Positions 36,512 to 46,322 of a stretch of 62,400 nucleotides of DNA are shown piece after piece. The notes under the pieces were generated by a model. That model was not told where the DNA came from, did not search any database, and worked only from the letters and a program-made list of their open reading frames with translations. Position numbers and translations under genes: made by a program. The stretch comes from Ilumatobacteraceae bacterium (GTDB taxonomy: Bacteria > Actinomycetota > Acidimicrobiia > Acidimicrobiales > Ilumatobacteraceae): assembly GCA_044339005.1 (NCBI GenBank), contig JBIIWI010000001.1, positions 1 to 62,400 of the forward strand, read 5' to 3'. Position 1 is the stretch's first letter, and every line of letters begins with the position of its first letter.

Positions 36512-39117
36512 GACGCAATTCGCCCAACCGAACTTGACGCCGCTACAACACCTCGAAAGCACAGCTCGGCAGCTTCGCTCGCTGCTGTGCGGTCTGACTC
36601 TTCCAAAAGCACCAACGACAATTGGCGAAGCAGATCAATGAGTTGCTTAATAGTTCGTACAAAGTCACCTGCAGTGAGCTCGTCTTCTTCGAGGACGTCT
36701 ACAAGCTGCGTGCCACTTGTCCAGTCAAGTGCCGCGCCCATGAATCCGGCCTCAGGTCCTCGATGAACCACAAGGCCATGATTGGTCTCGGCGATGCTTA
36801 ACTTTTGACTCAATTTCGCTGCACTTTTCCAGCGAGTCTTAAGTTCGTGATTTGGAAAATGAGTTGCGATCGACTCTTCCCCACCCCTCGCTTGATACAC
36901 GAACACACTTGCCATGGCTGCCATGTTGGGAGCACTGAGCCCGTCAAAAATACCTTCGGTTACACAGTTGGAAATCAATAAATCAGACTCATGAAAGATG
37001 TGGGAGAGCATTTGGCCGCGTTGTGTCAGTGACCACTCATCAACAAATCCCCATTCGGTAAGTAGCTTTATCAATTCATCAAATTTGTTGCTGACGGATT
37101 GGGTGCTGTTCGAAACACGTTTTTCAAGTTGCTCAAGTTCGCGATCAATTCGTGCAGCAGATTCGGCTGCAATGAGACGAAATTTAAGGTCAGGATCACT
37201 GGCAACTGGATGTTCGGCTTGCTGAGCCTTAGCGGTGTGTTTCATACGCGAGGACTGTCTAATCTTCGCTGTGGATAATCGCGACGAAGCTTCCTTGAGA
37301 AACTTATGGTTATTTGGCGCAAAAGGTGAAGGTAATTTGACATAGCCGAGGGTCGTAACTGGTTGAACGAAATCACGAACCGAGAATGTTTGGACAGCCC
37401 GCGATCTCGATAACGCTGTGATCTTTGTGCCGTCACTTCGTTGTGCAACAGTAAGAACGACCATTCGCTCGGTATGCGAAACACTGCCAGCCTCAATGAC
37501 ATCTCCTGGTCGTAATTCGCTGAGCGATTGATCTATCTCAGAAGGTTGCGCCTTGGTGGATTTTCGAAGTCGGTACTCTTCGATATCACCAAATGGACTT
37601 TCGGCTTGCAGCATGAGTCGATCTCGTTCTTTGCTCCGACGCTGGATACGAGCTTGAATTTCAACGACATCTTTACCCGATTGGAATTGAGCGAATGAAA
37701 GATTGAGAAGGTGTCTTGCCTGAACTTGAGAGGTTGAACGTATGAGATTCGCTGCCATGTTGTACGTGGGTCTAAAAGCTGAATTGAGTACAAATGATCT
37801 GCTGGCAACCAATGTTGCGACCTGCTCAAAGGTCACGAATGGGTTCCACACGACTAATGCATGTCCGATGTCGTCCAGCCCTCTCCTTCCAGCGCGGCCA
37901 GTCAACTGTGCGAAATCAGATGGCTTAAGCATCTGGTGATTCTCGCCGTTGAATTTAGTAATTTTGTCGAGAACAACTGCACGTGCCGGCATATTGATAC
38001 CAACAGCGAGAGTCTCTGTTGCAAACACAACTTTGACTAAGCCGCGGGCAAAACACGTTTCGACAATCTCTTTGAAAGTCGGCACGATTCCCGCATGATG
38101 CGATCCGATGCCTGCCTCTAGCTGCTTGACAAATTGCGTGAACTCAAGGGCGGCGAGATCATCGTCGGTGAAACTTTCCAGGCGTTCATGTGCTATCGCA
38201 ACTATTTCCTTCTTTTCGGAAGCCGTTGTGAGTGAAATGCCCATTTTCAAACATGACTTAGCAGCCTCATCGCATTGATTGCGGCTAAAGATAAAAAAGA
38301 TTGCAGGTAACAGATCGGAAGCTGCAAGTTCCTTGATGATCTCAGATCGTTGAGGTGCATACAATCTTTGAGAGGCACCAAATTGTCGAGATTGATGACG
38401 ACCAGCATGTCGTACCGGAGTATTTGATTTAGATTGTTCGAATCGCGCAACTTCTGGATTGGCGCGACCATTTACTAAAACATCGAAGGTCCTCACAGAG
38501 TTTGACGCTTTGTCGCCTACCAAATAGTGGTTGGTCAGTTCAATTGGTCGTTTGGTTTCAACTATTGGTGTTGTCGGACCGCGAACAGTGGTGAGCCAGT
38601 CGCACAATTCGGTTGCATTTGAGACCGTTGCAGACAGACAAACAAGTTGCACCGTTGGCTCCAGGTGGATGATTACCTCTTCCCAGACTGGACCACGATA
38701 TGCATCTTGCAAAAAATGCACTTCATCCAGCACTACAACACCCAACGAATCAAGTGCTTGGGACCTGGCGTAGATCATGTTTCGTAAAACTTCAGTTGTC
38801 ATCACCACGATGGATGCATTCGGGTTGATGCTGTTATCCCCTGTCAGCAATCCAACCTGAGACTCGCCGTAGAAGGTACTTAACTCAACAAATTTCTGGT
38901 TAGACAAAGCTTTGATTGGAGCAGTGTAAAACGAACGCAATCCGGCCTTATGTGCTCGTGCTACGGCATATTCGGCTACGACTGTTTTGCCAGAACCAGT
39001 GGGTGCTGCCACCAGAACATTCAATCCTTCGTCAATGCTTGCTATCGCATCCAATTGGAACTTGTCGAGCGCAAAGTCATATCTAGCAGTCAATTTCGTG
39101 GCGTCAGAGTCCGACAT
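36508..39117 (-). CDS. helY: Ski2-like ATP-dependent RNA helicase HelY
   Basis: 869 aa. Walker A APTGSGKT, DEVH box, SAT and an HHAG motif. It has a long C-terminal arch/DSHCT-like region and lies next to tatC as in mycobacteria. Confidence 0.92.
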   Translation of the reverse strand: MSDSDATKLTARYDFALDKFQLDAIASIDEGLNVLVAAPTGSGKTVVAEYAVARAHKAGLRSFYTAPIKALSNQKFVELSTFYGESQVGLLTGDNSINPNASIVVMTTEVLRNMIYARSQALDSLGVVVLDEVHFLQDAYRGPVWEEVIIHLEPTVQLVCLSATVSNATELCDWLTTVRGPTTPIVETKRPIELTNHYLVGDKASNSVRTFDVLVNGRANPEVARFEQSKSNTPVRHAGRHQSRQFGASQRLYAPQRSEIIKELAASDLLPAIFFIFSRNQCDEAAKSCLKMGISLTTASEKKEIVAIAHERLESFTDDDLAALEFTQFVKQLEAGIGSHHAGIVPTFKEIVETCFARGLVKVVFATETLAVGINMPARAVVLDKITKFNGENHQMLKPSDFAQLTGRAGRRGLDDIGHALVVWNPFVTFEQVATLVASRSFVLNSAFRPTYNMAANLIRSTSQVQARHLLNLSFAQFQSGKDVVEIQARIQRRSKERDRLMLQAESPFGDIEEYRLRKSTKAQPSEIDQSLSELRPGDVIEAGSVSHTERMVVLTVAQRSDGTKITALSRSRAVQTFSVRDFVQPVTTLGYVKLPSPFAPNNHKFLKEASSRLSTAKIRQSSRMKHTAKAQQAEHPVASDPDLKFRLIAAESAARIDRELEQLEKRVSNSTQSVSNKFDELIKLLTEWGFVDEWSLTQRGQMLSHIFHESDLLISNCVTEGIFDGLSAPNMAAMASVFVYQARGGEESIATHFPNHELKTRWKSAAKLSQKLSIAETNHGLVVHRGPEAGFMGAALDWTSGTQLVDVLEEDELTAGDFVRTIKQLIDLLRQLSLVLLEESDRTAASEAAELCFRGVVAASSSVGRIAS

Positions 39118-39122
39118 TGTGA

Positions 39123-39926
39123 TTACGAGTCAACTAGATCGTCGTCTTGTGATTTCTTTCGTTTGCGTCGTTGAGCAACAAAGCCAATAACCACTGCGAG
39201 GACATAGAGGACGGTCATTGGGACTGCCAATGCGAGCATGCTGACTGGATCGCCGCTGGGAGTGATTACTGCAGCGATGAGAAATACGACCATGATTGCA
39301 ATTCGCCACTGCTTGCGTAGCTGCTGTGGAGTGACCGCACCCACTAACTGCAGGAAGACGACTACCACCGGAAGTAGGAATCCAGCGCCGAAAGCAAGCA
39401 CCATGAGCGCCACCAAACTGATGTACTTCGCTATTTGGTAAGTCTGGTTTACGTCGGCACCAGACCATGAAATGAGAAACTCAAGAGCCTTGTCAAGAGT
39501 CCAGAACGCGAGTGCACCACCAAAAATAAAGAGAAAAAAGGATGAAACCGCAAACGGAATTGCGTACTTCTTTTCTTTGGCACTCATTGCGGGCGAAATG
39601 AATCTCCAAAGTTGCCAGAGAATAATTGGCACAGAAATAATGATTCCGCCGTAACCGGCAATGCGCATTCGCGAAGCTAAACCTTCGATAGGACCAAGGG
39701 CGTACAACGAACCGTCACAGTTAAAGTCCGGACGAGTCGCGCAGATGTTTCTATATGGCTGAGTAAGAAAATGTAAAACCTGATCATAAAAAATAAGAAT
39801 GACTGCAGCGCCTATTGCGATGGAAAGACATGATCGAATGATGCGCATTCGTAATTCTGAAAGATGGGCCATTATGGACATCGGTTCTGAACCACTGACT
39901 GCAGTCTTGGAAAAGCGCCAGGCCAT
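39123..39926 (-). CDS. tatC: twin-arginine translocase subunit TatC
   Basis: 267 aa with six hydrophobic helices. N-terminal HLSELRMRIIRS is typical of TatC. A TAATG overlap links it to tatA. Confidence 0.92.
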   Translation of the reverse strand: MAWRFSKTAVSGSEPMSIMAHLSELRMRIIRSCLSIAIGAAVILIFYDQVLHFLTQPYRNICATRPDFNCDGSLYALGPIEGLASRMRIAGYGGIIISVPIILWQLWRFISPAMSAKEKKYAIPFAVSSFFLFIFGGALAFWTLDKALEFLISWSGADVNQTYQIAKYISLVALMVLAFGAGFLLPVVVVFLQLVGAVTPQQLRKQWRIAIMVVFLIAAVITPSGDPVSMLALAVPMTVLYVLAVVIGFVAQRRKRKKSQDDDLVDS

Positions 39927-40333
39927 TATTTGTCCTCTTTGATGTCGTATTCAATGATTGTGGGCTCAAGGCTCAATTCTTCGGAGACAGCTGGGGCGGC
40001 TTCGTAAGGGATGAACTGTGGCTCGATGGCGGGTTCTAGCTTCTCCTGAGCCGCACTTGCTTTGAATACGGAAGTTGTTTGAACATATTCATTCTCAACC
40101 TGTTTCGATGCATCCGTGAAAACAGTCTTATATTCATTTGCTGCTTTTTGCATGTCACGAATTGGTTCAGCAAATGCCCCCCTAAATTCCGACTGCGCAT
40201 CGCCTGTAATACGTTTAAACTGGCCGTACAGCTGACCCAATTTGCGTAAAACTGGTGGAAGCTTTTCGGGGCCAAGTACCACGAGACCGAGAATCAGTAA
40301 AAAAATGATCTCGCTTCCCGAGAAATTGAACAT
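39926..40333 (-). CDS. tatA: twin-arginine translocase TatA/TatB-family protein
   Basis: MFNFSGSEIIFLLILGLVVLGPEKLP followed by an amphipathic helix. It is long (135 aa) with an acidic tail. A GTG two codons upstream (40339) is an alternative start. Confidence 0.85.
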   Translation of the reverse strand: MFNFSGSEIIFLLILGLVVLGPEKLPPVLRKLGQLYGQFKRITGDAQSEFRGAFAEPIRDMQKAANEYKTVFTDASKQVENEYVQTTSVFKASAAQEKLEPAIEPQFIPYEAAPAVSEELSLEPTIIEYDIKEDK

Positions 40334-40360
40334 TTCCACAGTCTAAAGCCTGAAGATACT

Positions 40361-41095
40361 TTGCCATATCATTGCGTTGTGCAGCAACGGCTTCCATCTC
40401 TCCTCAGCACTCAGATACTTTTTGCCCATCGCGGAGCGAGCGCGTATTCCCCCGAAAACACTCTCGATGCGTTCTCACTCGCACTGAAATTGGGTGTCAA
40501 CGGATTGGAAAGCGATATTTGGACAACCCGTGACGGGGTGCTGGTGCTCGATCATGACGGAGTGGTGAAATCACGTTTGCGGACAAAACCAATTGCAGAA
40601 ATGGATCGATCTTCTTTACCGTCTCACATACCCAGCCTTGAGCAGTTACTGCAACATTGCGGAACGCAATACCAATTGAGTTTGGATATCAAAGATCCCG
40701 ACGTTTTTAAGTCCATTGAGCAAACCGTCTCGAACATTGATGAGTCAATGCTTGAGCGGATGTGGCTTTGCCATCCGAACTCTGACTTATTGATAAACAA
40801 GCGCGACTCAATCTCCAAATGCAAACTCGTTGATTCAACTCGACTCGCAAAAGTCAAGGAAGGCCCGGAGCGTCGAGCAGCGACACTCGCGGCAAATGGC
40901 ATTGAGGCGTTCAATATGCATTATTCAGATTGGAATGGTGGATTGGTCGCACTCTTTCACCGCTTCAACATTGTCAGCTTTGGATGGGACATGCAACACG
41001 AGGCCGTGATTGAAAATGGAATTCGTATGGGTCTAGATGGCGTATTTAGTGATTGGCCAGACCGAATGGTCGAGGTAGCAAGCAAACAGGGTTAA
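40361..41095 (+). CDS. glycerophosphodiester phosphodiesterase family protein (second paralogue)
   Basis: Contains FAHRGASAYSPENTLDAF...ESDIWTTRDGVLVLDHDG. TTG start. Confidence 0.85.
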   Translation: MPYHCVVQQRLPSLLSTQILFAHRGASAYSPENTLDAFSLALKLGVNGLESDIWTTRDGVLVLDHDGVVKSRLRTKPIAEMDRSSLPSHIPSLEQLLQHCGTQYQLSLDIKDPDVFKSIEQTVSNIDESMLERMWLCHPNSDLLINKRDSISKCKLVDSTRLAKVKEGPERRAATLAANGIEAFNMHYSDWNGGLVALFHRFNIVSFGWDMQHEAVIENGIRMGLDGVFSDWPDRMVEVASKQG

Positions 41096-41685
41096 AGAAA
41101 CTTTGCTGCACTAAACGGCCAAATAATCACAAATGCTCTACCAACTACGAGTGCTTGTTCGATCGGACCAAACATACGACTGTCGAAGGATTGCGGACGA
41201 TTGTCACCCATGACGAATAATTGATTTTCTGGAATAGTCATGTCTTCCATCATGGGAACACGACAACGATCTTCTAAAGCAGTTTGCGCAAGGTCATATT
41301 CGTTGAGATAAGACTCAACCAACAATTTGCCATTGATGAATACTTGGCAATCCTTTATGGAAATCGTCTCACCACCAACAGCAATTACCCGCTTGATCAA
41401 ATCATCATGTTGGACAATTTGGCCGTCTACCGTCACTCTGTCGAACACCACAACGTCACCTCGGTGTATGTCATGTAATCGATAGGAAAGCTTGTTCACC
41501 AGCACACGGTTATCTTGAAACATGGTTGCTTCCATGCTTGGTCCAGAAATATAAAACTGCTGCAATATCAATGTGCGGACAGTAATCGCAATCACTAAAG
41601 CAACAACGAGCACTGTCACCCATTCACGAACGAGTTGAGCACCCTGATTGGCCGATGGCAAAGACGACGGCTGTTCAGAATTCAT
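41092..41685 (-). CDS. lepB: signal peptidase I
   Basis: An N-terminal TM helix, the catalytic Ser box GPSMEATM, the Lys box LIKRVIAVGGE and GDNRPQSFDSR. Confidence 0.9.
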   Translation of the reverse strand: MNSEQPSSLPSANQGAQLVREWVTVLVVALVIAITVRTLILQQFYISGPSMEATMFQDNRVLVNKLSYRLHDIHRGDVVVFDRVTVDGQIVQHDDLIKRVIAVGGETISIKDCQVFINGKLLVESYLNEYDLAQTALEDRCRVPMMEDMTIPENQLFVMGDNRPQSFDSRMFGPIEQALVVGRAFVIIWPFSAAKFL

Positions 41686-41717
41686 CAGCCTGTAACGGTA
41701 GCCGCAGAGATCGGAAA

Positions 41718-43076
41718 CTAGAGCGATGCGATGAGTTTTTCGACTCGTTCATCCTTGGATATAAAAGGGTCTTTACACAACACCGTTTTCTGTGCTTGAT
41801 CATTAATTTTTAGGTGCACCCAGTCGACTGTGTAGTCTCTCTTTTTGTCTTTTGCAGCGGTGATGAATTCAGATCGCAGCCTCGCTCGTGTCGTCTGGGG
41901 CGCAATATCCATTGCCGCAATGATGTCTTCCTCGGTGCATATGCGATCAACCATTGAGCGAGCCTGCATTCGGTAAAAAATGCCTCTATCTCTGCGAATA
42001 TCGTGGTACTGCAGATCCAATGTCTGAACCCGAGCATCATCGAGAGCAAGACCGTGTTTTGAGCGAAATGCCTCTATGAGGTTGTGCTTGATCACCCAAT
42101 CAACCTCTGTTCCGAGTTTTAGTGGGTCATTCTCAATAGTCGACACGCAATGCTCCCACATCTCAAGTGCTTTCTGCTCTGGAGCCGTAAAACCGTGTGA
42201 GTCAGCAAACTTCAAAGCTGAGTTGAGGTACTCGCGTTGAATGTCCAGCGCCGAGAGTTCTCGACCACTTTCTAGTCGTACCTTTTTGCGACATGTGATG
42301 TCGTGACTAAAGTCCCTAATCGCTCGCATGGGATTTTCGAGGGTCAAATCACGTAGTGAAACATCTTGTGCTTCGATCATCCTCAGCATGCAAGCGGTAC
42401 TTCCTAGTTTCAAAAATGTTGTGTATTCGCTCATGTTTGAGTCACCAACAATTACGTGAAGGCGACGGTACATCTCGGCATCGGCATGCGGCTCGTCCCT
42501 CGTATTGATTATTGGTCGGCTACGTGTAGTCGCCGAGCTCATTGACTCCCAAATATGTTCAGCGCGCTGCGCGATACTAAATATCGGTCCGCGAGCAGTT
42601 TGAAGCACCTGGCCAGCTCCGGTAAAAATCTGGCGAGAGATAAGAAACGGAATGAGGTGTTGCTGATATTTGTCCGGCTCAGCGCTTCGACGTGTCAAGT
42701 AATTTTCGTGACAACCGTAGGAGTTTCCTGCAGAATCGGTGTTGTTCTTGAAAAGGTAAATAGTTCCACGGATACCTTCGTCTTTGAGGCGCTGCTCGGC
42801 ACCGATGAGTAACTCCTCCAGCTTCCGCTCACCTGCCTTATCGTGCACAGTGCACTCATAAATCGAATCACATTCTGGGGTTGCATATTCCGGATGCGAA
42901 CCCACATCTAAATAAAGCCGTGCACCATTCTCGAGGAACACATTGGAACTTCTTCCCCATGAAACCACTCTTCGAAAAAGATACCGAGCTACCTCATCAG
43001 GGCTGAGTCGACGTTGACCTCGTAACGTACAAGTAACGCCATACTCGGTTTCGATGCCGAAGATGCGTTTGTCCAT
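41718..43076 (-). CDS. pafA: Pup--protein ligase PafA
   Basis: I chose the ATG at 43076 ([14 protein letters not shown]). It is 452 aa and belongs to the carboxylate-amine ligase family with dop. It sits directly downstream of prcA. Confidence 0.92.
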   Translation of the reverse strand: MDKRIFGIETEYGVTCTLRGQRRLSPDEVARYLFRRVVSWGRSSNVFLENGARLYLDVGSHPEYATPECDSIYECTVHDKAGERKLEELLIGAEQRLKDEGIRGTIYLFKNNTDSAGNSYGCHENYLTRRSAEPDKYQQHLIPFLISRQIFTGAGQVLQTARGPIFSIAQRAEHIWESMSSATTRSRPIINTRDEPHADAEMYRRLHVIVGDSNMSEYTTFLKLGSTACMLRMIEAQDVSLRDLTLENPMRAIRDFSHDITCRKKVRLESGRELSALDIQREYLNSALKFADSHGFTAPEQKALEMWEHCVSTIENDPLKLGTEVDWVIKHNLIEAFRSKHGLALDDARVQTLDLQYHDIRRDRGIFYRMQARSMVDRICTEEDIIAAMDIAPQTTRARLRSEFITAAKDKKRDYTVDWVHLKINDQAQKTVLCKDPFISKDERVEKLIASL

Positions 43077-43089
43077 GACAATCGCGGAG

Positions 43090-43767
43090 TTAGACCAGAT
43101 ATTGGGTGATGGTTGATTCGCTGAGTCTTTGAAAGCATCGACGCGACTTATCGCGTGCAAGCACTGCTACTTCAAGTTCGGAATCTTTGATTGGTGTATC
43201 CAAAGGACTCAATGCTTGGTGAGCGCATCTGACAGCATCCCGCAGTGTTGATCCGGCAACGAATCGTTCCGCCATGCGTCCTCTTATAGTCTCCATGTCG
43301 CCACCCAAGACTGTGAATTGGTGTTCATCAACCACGGTGCCGTCATACATAATGTGGAACAACTGATCGCTATCGGGTGTAAGGCCAACTTCGGCGACAA
43401 GAATCTCAACTTCGAGTGGTTTCATTTCGTGGGTAAATGTCTGACCGAGAATCTGCGCGTACTGGTTTGCTAATCCCCTGGCATCAACGTCCAAACGCGA
43501 GAATTGATAACCCTTGAGATCTGCAGCACGTACGCCAGCAACACGCAACTGATCAAACTCGTTGTACTTGCCAACACCAGCAAAAGCTATGCGGTCATAA
43601 ATTTCACTAATTTTGCGCAAAGTATTGGAAGGGTTCTCGGCAACAAGAGCGATTCCATCGACGTACTGCAACGCAACCAAAGCGCGACCACGAGCAATTC
43701 CCTTGCGTGCATAGTCAGCACGATCCTTCATCATTTGTTCTGGGGCTACATAGAACGGCATGCTCAT
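43090..43767 (-). CDS. prcA: 20S proteasome alpha subunit
   Basis: [28 protein letters not shown] is a typical actinobacterial PrcA N-terminus. An ATGA overlap links it to prcB. Confidence 0.93.
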   Translation of the reverse strand: MSMPFYVAPEQMMKDRADYARKGIARGRALVALQYVDGIALVAENPSNTLRKISEIYDRIAFAGVGKYNEFDQLRVAGVRAADLKGYQFSRLDVDARGLANQYAQILGQTFTHEMKPLEVEILVAEVGLTPDSDQLFHIMYDGTVVDEHQFTVLGGDMETIRGRMAERFVAGSTLRDAVRCAHQALSPLDTPIKDSELEVAVLARDKSRRCFQRLSESTITQYLV

Positions 43768-44549
43768 CGCTGACCGACACCTTTTGCGATTGCTTCATAT
43801 GTGATCTTGAGTTGTGCATCATCTATGCGCGTAAAACCGTCTGCGGTGATTGATGCGACAACAGGGTAAATACCACGCAGCGCATCTGGACCACCTGTTG
43901 CAGAGTCAGCATCTGATGCCTCCCACAATGCTCGAGCTGTGAGCTCAACACCTTCATCGATGGTCATGTCGCGCTTCCATCCCATGCGCAATACGGTTCC
44001 TGCGTGCAACATGCCAGAACCTGTAGCAACAAAATCATGCTCTTCGTATCGGCCACCAGTTGCGTCGTAGTTCCACAACCGACCATGTTGTAAAAGCGTG
44101 TCGAATCCGGCGAAAATTGGTACGACCATGAAACCTTGCATTGCTGCAGGAAGATTGCTTCGAACAAACATCGAGAGTTGGTTTGCTTTGCCCTCCAGCG
44201 AAAGTGACTGACCTTCAACTTTTTCGTAGTGTTCAATCTGTAATTGGAACAACTTCACCATCTCCATTGCAGGTCCAGCAGCACCTGCAATGGCTACTCC
44301 GCTGAATTGATCGGCCTGAACTACCTTTTCCATTTCGCGGTGGCTGATCAAATTGCCAGAGGTGGCTCTTCGATCGCCCGCCATTACGACTCCGTTGGCG
44401 CAACGAAGCGCCACGCAAGTTGTTGCATGCGGGACAAGCATCTCGTTGCCAGGAACGGAACTGCCAAAGGGCGACAATCCAACTCGCTTTAATAGTTCGC
44501 CAAAACTTGCACCGGGATCCTGCTCAAAGGAAAATAACGGCATTGACAT
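43764..44549 (-). CDS. prcB: 20S proteasome beta subunit (with propeptide)
   Basis: The propeptide is followed by ...PHA/TTCVALRC, which gives an N-terminal catalytic Thr after processing. Ntn-hydrolase pattern. Confidence 0.93.
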   Translation of the reverse strand: MSMPLFSFEQDPGASFGELLKRVGLSPFGSSVPGNEMLVPHATTCVALRCANGVVMAGDRRATSGNLISHREMEKVVQADQFSGVAIAGAAGPAMEMVKLFQLQIEHYEKVEGQSLSLEGKANQLSMFVRSNLPAAMQGFMVVPIFAGFDTLLQHGRLWNYDATGGRYEEHDFVATGSGMLHAGTVLRMGWKRDMTIDEGVELTARALWEASDADSATGGPDALRGIYPVVASITADGFTRIDDAQLKITYEAIAKGVGQR

Positions 44550-44566
44550 ATATCTAAAGGTTAGGG

Positions 44567-44776
44567 CTACTGCCCACCTTTTTGCACGTAGCTTTTGACG
44601 AACTCTTCCGCATTGGTCTCAAGCACTTCGTCAATTTCGTCGAGCAGGCTGTCGAGGTCAGCAGTGAGATTCTTCGAGTTGCTGCGAGCGGCTACAGGGG
44701 CTTGCGCATCAGACGCTGCTGACTGCTTTGTTGCCGACTGTTTAGTCGTCGAAGACTTTTTGATTTGCTCAGGCAT
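44567..44776 (-). CDS. pup: prokaryotic ubiquitin-like protein Pup
   Basis: 69 aa and apparently disordered. The C-terminus LDEIDEVLETNAEEFVKSYVQKGGQ ends in GGQ. Confidence 0.92.
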   Translation of the reverse strand: MPEQIKKSSTTKQSATKQSAASDAQAPVAARSNSKNLTADLDSLLDEIDEVLETNAEEFVKSYVQKGGQ

Positions 44777-44822
44777 GATTGAACCATACTCAAAAACCCG
44801 GCATATCGCTAGCCCGCTTTCG

Positions 44823-46322
44823 CTAAAAGTCGATACTTAGTTTTGCAACAAGTTCAGAAGGAGTCTTCGATTCAGCAAGCACTTTTCCGACTAAATTTCG
44901 TGTTCCTCGGAGTGGCTCAGGCATAGGAATGCGTTTAAGGCCAGCATTTGGTATGTCGAATACAACACTGTCCCAGTTGGCGGCGATCACATCATTTGGC
45001 CACCGCTGCAAAACAGTGCCTCGAAAATAAGCGCGAGTGCTCTCTGGTGGATTTACCATGGCTGAAAGCACAGCAGTTTGATCGCACAATTGAACGAGAC
45101 CCGCTCGCGACGCCAAACACTTATCAAGTCGCATGTCGTGATATTGAAGATCGATTGCTTTGAGGCGAGCATCGTTTTCTTGTAGGCCATGACGCTGTGC
45201 AAACCCATCCACAATTCGTTTCTTTGCGAGCCAGTCAACAACGTTTGCAACCGATAGCGGATCGGTTCCAAGTCCATCGAGCACACCTTCCCACCTCGCC
45301 AACACGTCAAGACCTACATCGGTATCTACAGACTCGAGTCCGTACTTGGACGCATACTTTGTTGCTGCTTCAAAAATCTCTAATTGGATTTGTAACGCCG
45401 TGAGCATGCGACCATCCGTCATGGTGATGAGAGCACTCAGCGATGTGTCATGACTCACTTGGCGAATTGACTGAACTGGATCTTTGATGGTGAGATGCTC
45501 CGGAAAAGCGTCATCTTCAATCATCGCAAGCACAATCGATGTGGTTCCAAGTTTGAGCAAGGTTGCAACTTCACTCATATTGGCATCGCCCGCAATCACA
45601 TGTAATCTGCGATACTTCGTCGGGTCACAGTGCGGTTCGTCTCGGGTATTGACGATTGGGCGTTTAAGTGTCGTCTCAAGCCCGATTTCTTCTTCAAAAA
45701 AATCTGCACGCTGACTAATTTGGAACGCAGGTGGACTGGATCCCTTTCGGGTAAGTCCTCGATGTTCGGCACCAACCTTGCCAGCTCCGCAGAAAATCTG
45801 CCTTGTCACGAAGTGCGTAGTTATTTGTAGCGCGATCTTTGCAAATGGTGTCTGTCGTGAAACTAAATAATTCTCATGACAGCCGTAACTATTTCCTTTG
45901 CCGTCAGAGTTATTTTTGTAGATAACTATTTCGGAATCTTCCGGAAGACCTTCATTTGCCAATTGCATGCTTCTGCGAATGATCTCCTCTCCTGCGCGAT
46001 CAAACAGGACGGCTTCACGGGCATTGCGACACTCCGGTGTGCTGACCTCTGGGTGCGCGTGATCTACGTAATAGCGAGCCCCATTGGTGAGCACGGTGTT
46101 AACAAGCTGGCTCTCGTATTCGGGGAAAAGGTAGTCATCAAGTGAATAACCCCTGGCATCGTTGCCGGGGTGTTCGTCGATGTAGTCCCATCCGACGAGC
46201 TCATTGTTGCCTTTTGAATATGAGTTAACGATGATTGACGAAGCCGTGATTGGGTTTACATCTCCTCCTTTGAAGATGATCCCGTATTCGGTTTCGATTC
46301 CGCAAACTTTGGGTGTTGCCAC
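44823..46322 (-). CDS. dop: Pup deamidase/depupylase Dop
   Basis: 499 aa and paralogous to PafA (CGIETEYGI start, YGCHENYL). It is longer than PafA, consistent with the Dop-specific insertion, and lies between arc and pup. Confidence 0.92.
   Translation of the reverse strand: MATPKVCGIETEYGIIFKGGDVNPITASSIIVNSYSKGNNELVGWDYIDEHPGNDARGYSLDDYLFPEYESQLVNTVLTNGARYYVDHAHPEVSTPECRNAREAVLFDRAGEEIIRRSMQLANEGLPEDSEIVIYKNNSDGKGNSYGCHENYLVSRQTPFAKIALQITTHFVTRQIFCGAGKVGAEHRGLTRKGSSPPAFQISQRADFFEEEIGLETTLKRPIVNTRDEPHCDPTKYRRLHVIAGDANMSEVATLLKLGTTSIVLAMIEDDAFPEHLTIKDPVQSIRQVSHDTSLSALITMTDGRMLTALQIQLEIFEAATKYASKYGLESVDTDVGLDVLARWEGVLDGLGTDPLSVANVVDWLAKKRIVDGFAQRHGLQENDARLKAIDLQYHDMRLDKCLASRAGLVQLCDQTAVLSAMVNPPESTRAYFRGTVLQRWPNDVIAANWDSVVFDIPNAGLKRIPMPEPLRGTRNLVGKVLAESKTPSELVAKLSIDF

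Noticed and set aside
12542-41095. Two GDPD genes (12542..13309 and 40361..41095) as a possible recent duplication or repeat.
   Set aside because: They share only the family catalytic motifs (HRG...ENT, E/D...D...HD). Otherwise the sequences differ, so they are ancient paralogues.
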